DNA from: Camelus ferus
Lineage: Eukaryota
Reading direction: 5' to 3'
Assembly (NCBI RefSeq): GCF_009834535.1
Contig: NC_045698.1
Location: 14,386,001-14,450,000, forward strand
Length of the DNA stretch: 64,000 nt
Part shown: positions 26,860-36,342 of the stretch, in pieces
Numbering within the stretch: position 1 is the first letter of the stretch
Layout: the number at the start of each line of letters is the position of its first letter
Position numbers and translations under genes: made by a program
Notes under the pieces: model-generated
What the model saw: the letters and a program-made list of their open reading frames with translations, nothing else
Told to the model about the DNA's origin: nothing
Database searches by the model: none

Positions 26860-27272
26860 GTGGTGATTATTCTGTAATGTATAGAATTATTGAATCACCG
26901 TGTTGGTGCATCACAAATTAACACAGTATTGTAGACCAATTATTCTTCAAAAAATAAACAAACAAACAAACTCATAGAAAAAAAGGTCAGAATTGTTGCT
27001 ACAGAGGTGGGGGATGGGATGAAGGAAAAGGTGTTGCTAATATAATTAACACTGTAGTATGTTATATATGAAAGAGAGTAGATCGGAAGAGTTCTCATCA
27101 CAAGGAATTTTTCCTTTTTCTTTATTTTGGATCTATATGAAATGATGAATGTTCATTACACTTATTGTGGCAATCATTTCATAATGTCTGTAAATCAGAT
27201 AACATTCTTGTACACCTTAAACTTATATTGTGCTGTGTATCAATTATCTCAATAAAACTGAAAGAAATAAAA
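26860..27272 (+). mobile_element. L1 3' end (older laurasiatherian subfamily)
   Basis: AAACTCATAGAAAAA...GAGTTCTCATCACAAGG...GTACACCTTAAACTTA...TCTCAATAAAACTG plus an A-rich tail. Confidence 0.8.
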
Positions 27273-27611
27273 GAATTAGAATCAATATATTATCTTAAAA
27301 CTTAAAGAATATTTTAGAAAATTACAAAATTATGTGGATTTTTACATCCAAAGTTTGAAATAGTTTGTCATCTAATATTTAAATCATTTAAAATGATTTT
27401 AATCTTTCTTAATCTAAAAAGTATTCTCTAATTGCCTTTAAAATATCATATAATAATAATGTTAAAAGAACAATGAAATGGAACCACAGTTTCTTTAACT
27501 ATTCTTGAAGAATGATTTTTTTTTGTGTGTTTGTTGTAATTAGGGACTACACATATAAACACAAAAGTCTTTTTTTAACAATCTCCATTGATGATTCATA
27601 TTATTTGATTA

Positions 27612-27945
27612 TGTAGGGGAGCAAAATTTGCCATCCCCAAATGTGTCTCTTGGGCATGAGGATTAATTTAGACTGATGATTTTAAGAAACAGAAGACTCA
27701 AGTAATCTTTCTTCTTACCCCCCACCTTAGTTGTCTAAATAATTTTGATAAAAGGCTTCTTCCTAGAGTAGAGCTGTCACCAGAGATATCTGCAAAGAAT
27801 ATGGGCCAAGTGTGGTGGGGAAAACTCTGCTGAGCCTAGAGATCAAAGTCCTCTCTGTCCCATTGTCTCTGCAAGGCCCAACAAACATCTATTTATGAAA
27901 TATTTGAAGTATCTTCCTCCCTTTTGAAGTCTTAAACCATGACCC
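27612..27945 (+). mobile_element. ERV1-type solo LTR (outer), 5' half
   Basis: Starts TGTAGGGGAGCAAAATTTGCCATCCCCAAATGTGTCTCT and is cut off abruptly by the TG of an unrelated LTR at 27946. Confidence 0.8.
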
Positions 27946-28439
27946 TGTAGACTATGAGCAACAAAATGGAGTCACTTATATCAAAAGGATCTAAAATGAA
28001 GCCAGGAGGCCATCAGAAAAGTGGGCCTTAAAATGTCTATACCTGAAAGCAATATAAAATTTTGACCCAGGCATTCACAGGCCACCTAGAACTCATTTTC
28101 TTTACTTGCTAGAAACCATAGTTTAGCAACAAATCTGCTGCCAGTGAGTAACTGAATGCTTGCAGGAATCAATAGTAGTTCTGTAAAACAACTTATGTAA
28201 CTTCTCTGTAATTTTTTGTTGTCTTTATAAACCCCTGTCATTTTCTACTTTCCTCAGAGCACATCTGAGTTGTTATTTAATTCAATACTTTCCAAACTGA
28301 AATGCCTAAGTACCCAAATAAACACATTTTTACTTTTTGCAGTCTCCTGGGTTTTTTTTGTTTGGTTGGTTGTTTGGTTTTGGTTTTGGAGTTTTTTTTG
28401 TTTTTTTTTTTTTTTTTTTTTTTTTTAATAACATTGCCA
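27946..28439 (+). repeat. Proviral 5' LTR
   Basis: TGTAGACTATGAGCAACAAAATGGAGTCAC...; TATA-like TTTATAAA near 28225, AATAAA near 28317 and a T-rich U5; ends in CA at 28439 (or 28433); aligns with 34775-35253. Confidence 0.93.
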
Positions 28440-28444
28440 TTATA

Positions 28445-28462
28445 TGGTGTCAGAAGTGGGAT
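28445..28462 (+). promoter_or_regulatory. Primer binding site, tRNA-Leu
   Basis: TGGTGTCAGAAGTGGGAT is the reverse complement of the mammalian tRNA-Leu(CAA) 3' end ATCCCACTTCTGACACCA; it lies just downstream of the 5' LTR. Confidence 0.9.
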
Positions 28463-28697
28463 ACCGAGTAAGCTGTTCCTTCCTCTGGCACCCCACGGAT
28501 TTGAGTAAGGTACCTACAAGAGTCCATTGTATGCGCTTCTCTCCTCTGTGGTCCTGGATGTTGGTGGTGGGTTGTTTTACACCCAATCCTCAGACCTTGG
28601 TAGAAGTTTTAGTTTATTTTGGTGTCCTGTGCAGCTGGCTTCTGTACTTGGGACTTTGTTTCTCAATTTCTTCTGGGGAGCAATTATTCTTTAAATA

Positions 28698-30130
28698 ATG
28701 GGAAGTTCACTATTGAAGGGTAAGGTTGCAGAGGAGTTTCCTTGGAACCCCAGTTGGCTTTATAAATAAAAACTATGGGCCCTCCTTGTCTAAGTATTTG
28801 TCTCCTTAGACGACGATAATCCACTATGATTTAGAATTCAATTGCCTAACTTGGGGTCCTTTGAAATTCCTAAATTAGTTTTATGTGCACAGTCATTTAG
28901 AAAAAAAAAATGTAATACAAAGCAGCCGAAATGGTAAGCTTATTTCAGTTGGCATTTGGTGCCCTCAAAACGAGTTAGCAATTCCAAAATTGCTTCCCTC
29001 CAGGATATTAACTCCAAATTATCTAAGCCTAATTCTGAATTGTCTCAGAGACTGACTAAACTTGAAAATTACTAAATATTCTCCTAATGTTCATTTGTCT
29101 CTACCTTTTATTCCTGCTGTTGCCACACCTGCCCTGCTCCTCTTAGCCCTTCTGTTGCCTGCCTGTTTTCCTACCCACCTCTACCTTTCTCTAGCCAAAT
29201 TTCCTTTTTATAACTTCTACACAGATGATTCCAAAGCCCCTCTAGACTCTCCTGCCTTCTTAGTCCCTTTTAAAAGTCCAGCTAGCCAAAACCACTAATC
29301 AGAGCCACCAACTTTTTTCTTACATCCCTGAAATAAGATGAACTCAGTGCAATTACTAACCACTTTCCACCTCACAAGGAAGACCCCATTGATTTTCCAC
29401 AAGAATTTCTTCTTGCAGTTCAGACTTATGATCCAGAATTTTCTGATCTTTACCAGCTTATCCACAGGTTAGTCAGCAAAGGTTTTGCTACAAATGGATA
29501 TTAGCAGATTGGAATGTATCAATAAAATATTTTGCCTTTAAGGGGCACACTGCCATGTGTGAAGTTTCTAAATAAGTAAAATTCCTGAGACTTTTCATCC
29601 CATTATTGTCTGGAAAAAAATCCAAAATACATAAAAAAAAATTGATGAATCTATCTTTGATTATTACAGTAAATTTGAGGAACTCATTAAGCAATATTTT
29701 GGCATAGATAAAATTAATGCTGAATCTCAACACTTTTAAATTTCATCCTTGTTTAAAGTTTATGAAAAGAACTTAGACAACTTGTTAGAAAATGACAACT
29801 TAATTGGGCTACCAGTCAACCTCATGATTTTTGTGAACTATGCTAAATAGCTCTCCTGAGTTTTTCAGAAATACACAAAAAGAAAGCTGAACAAGCTTTA
29901 AACGATCAGATTCAAGACCAAATAATGCACTACAACAACTTTCTGCTAAATCAAACCTACGCAGTACCCAAGATAAATGACAAACCAAAGGGGCTTGCAA
30001 TTATAGTAAAAAGCTCAGCTACTGGAAAAAGGACTGTTTTAAAATTAAACCACCACTGGAATATCAACAGCCTTAAAATAACTGCCATTCTCACAAGTTC
30101 CAACCTGGTTGATCTTAACAATAGCCCTGC
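28698..30130 (+). pseudogene. gag: ERV gag remnant
   Basis: ATG GGA AGT (M-G start); WGPFEIPKL-like matrix motif; capsid segment EDPIDFPQEFLLAVQTYDPEFSDLYQLIH; decayed zinc knuckle CNYSKKLSYWKKDC at 29996-30037; many stops and frameshifts. Confidence 0.85.
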
Positions 30131-30520
30131 TCTGAGGATAAAAAGAGAATTTTTCCCATAGTCCTAAGTAATTATTTTGTAGAAACTGACTTAACTGTTG
30201 GTAATAAAGTTACTAAGGCCCTGTTAGTTACAGGAGCACTTTGTCAATTCTTAACCCCACCAGCCTCTCTGTTCCCTTCCCCAAAGTGCCAGAACCATAA
30301 AAATGGTGGGAGTATTTAACCAATCTATGAATGTTTTTAAGTCTTTTCTAGTTTCTTTTAAATAAGGACTTATTTATGAGATTCATCCATTCCTTCTAGT
30401 TTCTTCTGTTCCAATCCACCTATTGGATAATGATTTCCTAGAGGCTCATAAAATCCATGTTTTCTTATCCAAAAAGGGGGAAATATTTTACACCTTGGAG
30501 GATGCCTTGATCCTCACAAT
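30131..30520 (+). pseudogene. pro: ERV protease remnant
   Basis: ALLVTGA (DTGA mutated) at 30218-30238; PIHLLDNDFLE (resembling PxNLLGRD) followed by SKKGEI. Confidence 0.85.
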
Positions 30521-30599
30521 TCTCCAGGAGACTCGTCTATTGCCATTCCGGTTGTCTCAATCTCTGTGGCTGATTCTAACCCTCTTTTACATACAATCC

Positions 30600-33100
30600 C
30601 TGATTAACTTTGGCCTAAGAATGCTACTGATATCAGTTGTGATTCACTCTCTACCACTCATAAAAATTTAGGTGGATAAAAGAAGGACTCTGCCAACCTT
30701 CCCCCAATACCTACTGAATGCAGAGGCTGTTCAAGGACTTAAATTCATAATTGAAGAATATATTAAAAAGACAACTCAGAGGCTTTTTAGGACAGGCAGG
30801 GTATTGTGGAAATTGGATCCCACATTTTTCTATCCTAGCCCTGCTCTCATACTCTCTTCTTAAGGATGATCAGAGTAAACCTCTTATTTGGACAGAAACT
30901 TAAGAAGCATTTACCCTTATTAAAGACAGCCTTCATGACTCACCTGCCTTAGGTCATCCTAATTATAAACTTCACATTTTTTTTCCTTTTTGCCCATAAA
31001 AAAGAAGGAAATGCCCTCAGCAGACTTACTCAGTGCCATGGGGACCATCATGGACCTATAGGATATTAAGGCCAACAAATAGACTCAGTAGCCAAAGGTC
31101 ATCCTCCTTGCATGAGAATCACTGCATCCACTGCCGATTAATGACAGCAAGTAGAATAAATTGGAATGGGGTCTTTGCTGACCTTTTGTGTGCCTCATTC
31201 CATGGAATCCTTGCTTCATTCTCATCATGTTCAGTAACTTTCTGCCAGCAGACTAATCTCTGAAATTCTCTTCCTGTCTTCTTCTAACATTACTATCTGC
31301 TGGTGCCACACCCTGATTCTGGCTATCCTCCTCCCTTCGCTAAAGTCCTTCATGACTGCTTGGTATTGACTGACTAACTCCTCATCTCTCCAACTGATTT
31401 GCAAGACATGGCTTTTGAAAACACTGAGCTGATCTGGTTCACTGATGGATCCTATTTGAAAGATGAGTCCAGCTACTACTGAGCTGGCAATGCTACAGAT
31501 CTTTAACAAGTCATTGAAGCTAACACCATGCCAGAAACTACGTCTGCTCAACGGACAAAACTCTTTGCATTAACTACAGCCTGCCTCTTAGTAAAAGATA
31601 AAACCTCTAATATATACATGTATATTGTACTGACTGAGTAGGTACACGTTTGGTGTTATACATGATTTTGTCATTCTTTGGAAACAAAGTTTTTTTTAAC
31701 CTCCTCCAGTCAGAAAATCAAAAGCAGTTCTTATGTGCTATGACTCAGATGCCATTCAACTGCCTAAATCTTCAGCAGTAATTAAAACTTACGGATACTC
31801 AACAGCAGACTCATATGGAGAAGAAAGCAAAGGAAACCATTTGACACTGCTTCTAAGTCAGCAGTTCTCTGAAAGCCTAAAATTATACTAGAAGGGCCTT
31901 AACTACCCATGAATTCAAAATCTGAATTACTAAAATATTAGAAGCACAACTCTTATTTTGGAGAATTTTTTTTTAAAAGGGGGTAAAAAAATGAATGGAT
32001 GGCTTTAAAGAAATATTTGATTAGGATCAAATGGTAGACCTGTCCTCCCTGACTGTTTACAAAAATTTATCCTAGAGTATATATATAACATGACTCACTG
32101 GAATACTGATTAAATGATTCAGGGTAAAACAATATTATTGGAAACCATTTCCTAAAATGGCTCACAAAGTATATCAAAGTTGTCATTTTGTCCCAAACAG
32201 AACCCAAGAAAGCCTATCCATACTTTCATGGATCATTTTCCTTTACCCTTAGGACCTTTTGAGGTATGGCAAACAAATCTTATCCAATCAATCACCATCA
32301 TCTCAGGGTTATAAATATGTATTGGTAATGATCTGTATGTTCTTTCACTGAGTGAAAGCTTTTCCTTCTCACAGAGCCATGACCACAGCAGCAAGTAATG
32401 TCTCATTGGAAAAAGTTATTGTCACTTAAAAAATACCCTCTGAACTCCATCCACGGTGACAGAGTTTCCCATTTTACTGGATAAGTGATCCAATATGCTT
32501 GTAAAATGTGGCCTATTTTATAACACTTCCATAGGACCTACCATTCTTAGTTGTCAAGATTGGTGGAATACACTAATGGAATTATAAAAATTCAGTTTAC
32601 TAAATATGTTGAGTCATTTAAATTGTCTTGACCTAAAAGCATTGCTCCTAGTTTACTTAACCTGAGATCCACCACCTCTGGAAAAAGCAAGTTATCACCA
32701 TTCAAATCATTACTGGTAGATCCATGAGACTAGACAAAAACATGTATGAATCCTGTTCTGTTAAAAGGAAACATCTTAACCTACTGGGAGATACTACCAG
32801 GACCTAAAAGTTAACTCACGGTCTTAGAGCAATCTTTCCACAGTGGGCTCGTGGAAAACAAAGACATACAGCATCTTGATCTCCAACCTAGAGACTATGT
32901 CTATTGGAAACAACACTTGCACAAAGATGCCTTTCAACCTTGTCAGAAGGGACCTTATCAGGTATTGTTAACTAATTTTTGCACCATTAATATTAAGCTA
33001 ATTGAGTCATGGATTTGAGTTTCTCATTTAAAGAAGGTAGCATCTCCTACCTGAACTCCATAACTGTCTAGAGACCTGAAACTAAAATTAACCAGACAAA
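30600..33100 (+). pseudogene. pol: ERV pol remnant (RT N-terminus and thumb, RNase H, integrase)
   Basis: PQYLLNAEAVQGLKFIIEEY; RQLRGFLGQAGYCGNWIPHFS; RNase H LIWFTDGSY and SAQRTKLFALTTAC; integrase GPFEVWQ, GYKYVLVMIC, DRVSHFTG, VEYTNGIIK, KGPYQVLLTN. Confidence 0.92.
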
Positions 33101-33109
33101 AGCCAGGAT

Positions 33110-34520
33110 AATGAAGCAAACCAAATCTGTTGTGGATAGCTTTTCTAAGATTTGAGACCAGGCTTATGTAATACTCCTTTTATTTGCCTTTTTCCATGTA
33201 TAAATGCTTTTGATTTAAATGTTTTTTTCTTCCATGTGCACAATCATATGCTGATTTTAAAAATAAATCCAGCTTTTGGATTTGTGGACAACTGTCCTTG
33301 TCCATAACTTCTGGGTTACTTTGGAGAATATCTCCATTACAAGAATTCAACTGGTTAGCTTTAGGACATTTAGTTTTAGAGGAAAGATATACTAACAGAA
33401 CTCTAGAAACCACAGATTTTACTAATTGAAACCAACATGAATGGCTCATCAACCGAACCTTAAATGACTCTTTATGTTGGTATTTGTTTTCTCTTAATGT
33501 TACCAAGAACCAATCTCAGAAAAGAACTAGACTAAAATTTAGAAAAAAGAAAAGTCACCTCTCATCCTTTAGTGGGTAACATTGCCCAATTATGGAATGG
33601 ATTTATATGGTTAACACCAACTTATGTGTTAGTACCAAAGCCCCCTATATGTTAGGAACAAGTTGACCATGCAAGGATGAATTAATCTAATAATATCCAA
33701 TATTTTGGATGGATGCCATGTGGTTCTGTACTGTAAGTATCCACTTTAAAAACTAGTGATTGGTTTGGAATTGATTAAGATAGTCAACCTAGTATTTATT
33801 TTGTAGCCCCAAATCGAATCTGATGGCTGTGTGGAACTAACTTCTTGTCTTGGATACCTTCCAGGGTGGATAGGGCATTGCAACTTAAGAGCTTCTTGAA
33901 CTTAAGGACATATTTGCACAACTCTCAACATTGCTCCTGCAAATTACCCCTTATTAGGAGCAAGACAGGTCAGGTTAGTCTTCCATGATCATTTTTGTTC
34001 TCTCACTGGGACATAGAGATGTTGTTATTCACACAGAAACTTTAACCAGCTTTACACAATAAGCCCTAAATGATCATCAACAGTCTATAAATCTTTTAAA
34101 TTCTAAAACACCTTTAAAGAGAGTGGCAGTCTTACAAATCGCATGGCTCTTGACACTATTACAGCCTCTAAAGGGAGTACCTGAGCTATAATATCAACTG
34201 AGTGTTTTCCTTTTTAAACAGGATGAATCATCTAACGTCACCCATTTATTAAGTCATACAGAAAAGAAAATAAATGTTATGAATGACACAATACCCGGTC
34301 TTGGAGAAATACTAAAAGGTTGCTTTTCTTCAGGTGAAGGTGATTAAAATCTTTGCTTATGACATTGGTATTGATTCTTGTGGTATTAATGACTTTCTGT
34401 GTACTCTCTAAGTTGATACGCTCTTTATTTCTTGCTACTCAGGATATTAAGTTTATGGTTGCTCAGAGACTTGTGTTACTCAACCAGATGCAGCCTACAA
34501 TTCATATCACAAATAAAAGA
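33110..34520 (+). pseudogene. env: ERV gamma-type env remnant
   Basis: FWICG (mutated CWIC) at 33274-33288; WLCGTN; immunosuppressive domain LQ(N)RMALDTITASKGST*AIISTECF at 34132-34208; hydrophobic TM LLMTLVLILVVLMTFCVL near 34352-34405; disrupted. Confidence 0.9.
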
Positions 34521-34762
34521 TAGACTGAATTTGTCATTATTTTAGGTAGGAAAGATGCTTAAGTCCTGCTTTTTGAAAACCTATTTGATGCTCAAATATG
34601 ACAATTCCCTTATGACCATGACTTGTACTCTCTTTTCCTCCTCTATGGGACATGACATACCAGGAATAAGTCTTCCTGGTGCCAAGGAACTTTTTAAAAA
34701 GAATATTGACTTATGATTGCTAATATCATAAGATAATTGATCACCAAGGAAAGATATTAATC

Positions 34763-34774
34763 AAAAGGGGAAAA
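34763..34774 (+). promoter_or_regulatory. Polypurine tract
   Basis: AAAAGGGGAAAA directly before the TG of the 3' LTR. Confidence 0.9.
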
Positions 34775-35253
34775 TGTAAACTATGAACAACAAAATAGAG
34801 TCACTTATGTCTAAAGAATCTAAAATAAAGCTAGGAGGCCACTAGGGAAATAGAACTTACACATGTCTACACCTGGATACTATATAAACTTTTGACCCAT
34901 GCATCCACAGGCCATCTGGAACTCATTTTCTCTGCTCCCTAGAAACTGCAGTCTAGCAATCTAGTCCACCGCTGACAAGCAACTGAATGCCTGCTGGAGC
35001 TGATTGTACTTTTGTAAAACAATTTATGTAACTTCTCTGGAATGTCTTTGTCTATTGTTTTTATAAAACTCCTCCATTTTCTACTTTCCCCAGAACACAT
35101 TCGAGTTGTTACTGAAATCAGTGCCTCCCAAATTGTAATTTGTAAGACCCTCAGTGAACTCTTTTTCTTATTTGCAGCCTTCTGTACTTTTGTGGGTTTT
35201 TGTTTTGTTTTGTTTTATTTGTTTGTTTGTTTGTTTCTTTGTTTTGTTTGACA
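34775..35253 (+). repeat. Proviral 3' LTR
   Basis: TGTAAACTATGAACAACAAAATAGAGTCAC ... TTTGACA; 59 of the first 67 nt are identical to the 5' LTR by hand count. Confidence 0.93.
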
Positions 35254-35470
35254 AGCTCCAACATCCTTTTTGTCTTCAGCTAATGATAATATTTAAGGTG
35301 AGGGCTCTGGCCTTTTTGGTGAGTTACTCAGTTATCCTGGGACTCTGTTATGTGTGCATGTTATTAAACTTTTGTTTGATTTTTCTCTTGTTATTATCTC
35401 ACGTCAATTTAATTTTTAGAGCAGCCAGAAGAACTTAGAACAGTCAAGGAAAATGTCTTCCTTCCTGACA
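35254..35470 (+). mobile_element. ERV1-type solo LTR (outer), 3' half
   Basis: TATA-like TATTTAAG, polyA-like ATTAAA, ending ...CTTCCTGACA; flanks ATTA (27608-27611) and ATGA (35471-35474) fit a decayed 4-bp TSD. Confidence 0.78.
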
Positions 35471-35919
35471 ATGATTAGAAAATTGTTATAATGAATACAT
35501 TTCAAGAACACACATTTCCAGTTAAAAATATCTGAACAGTGTTTAACGAGGGAAGACATGATGCATTTCTCTATTGAGTGCATAAACAAAAGACATGCTG
35601 TGTCCTCACACGAAAAGGAGAATGTTGTCACAACATATTTTCTCACATTTTAAATTCACAAGGAGCTTCTTTTGGTTTTGCTTTTATGGACTGGGATTTT
35701 GAATGCTTGGTATGACTGATGTGGGGGGAGGGTAGAAGTTGAGACCTTTAGAGCTAATTTTACTTAATATGCAAGAAAAAAATTGAGAATTCTCTGTTGC
35801 ATCTAAGATTAAAAACAAATAAATGAGTAAATGATTAATAAATAAATAATAAATACACAGAGTAAATAAAGAGAATTATCTTGACATTACCAAGAACCAT
35901 ATCAGGTAAATAGACAATG

Positions 35920-36342
35920 GTGTTAATCTGGGCACAGCAGGCCACAGATGAGATAATCAAAATTGGTATCATTTAGGCAGAGTGTATTTACAAAGGCATA
36001 TTTACAAAGAGTCATGTGGCCATGCAATAAAGGAGTTGCCAGAACTCTTAGACCCAAGGGAACAGTTGAGAAAGCTGTATAAGAAAGTCACTTTTGAGTG
36101 GAGTTGGATACATCAGTTAAGGGATGCATTTACAAGAGACAACATCATGGGGCCCTGGGTAGAAATACTCCGACCTCACTCTACTCTCTCCCTGGTACCT
36201 CCTCCAGGGCATCAACTCACTTAACACAAACAAAAGCAGAGTAAGAGTGTAACCCATAAAGGTCAACTTTATAAGCCAGGAAGCTGAGTTTAAAAATATG
36301 GAGTGTGGATCTGGAGGGGCCAAAAGCAAATACTTAGCCCAG
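35920..36342 (-). mobile_element. LTR33/LTR41-like ERVL solo LTR
   Basis: Ends GGAGTGTGGATCTGGAGGGGCCAAAAG..., the reverse complement of the TTTGCCCCTCCAGATCCACTC start typical of this group. Confidence 0.65.

Larger units (their letters stand above)
27946..35253 (+). mobile_element. Defective class I (ERV1) endogenous provirus: LTR-PBS(Leu)-gag-pro-pol(RT core deleted)-env-PPT-LTR
   Basis: Two homologous ~480-bp LTRs, PBS, PPT and retroviral protein motifs in canonical order; all frames disrupted. Confidence 0.95.

Noticed and set aside
28445..28462. tRNA gene, or ERV-L classification from the Leu PBS
   Set aside because: Only the 18-nt complement is present, so it is a PBS; the gamma-type env and class I pol motifs argue against ERV-L.
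31231..31551. 106-aa and 108-aa (33180-33506) minus-strand ORFs as antisense viral genes
   Set aside because: They are antisense frames of heavily decayed pol and env with no motifs and no sign of preservation.
33110..34520. Functional syncytin-like env at this locus
   Set aside because: It has multiple stops and frameshifts, including a lost base in LQNR and TGA at the first cysteine of CX6CC.
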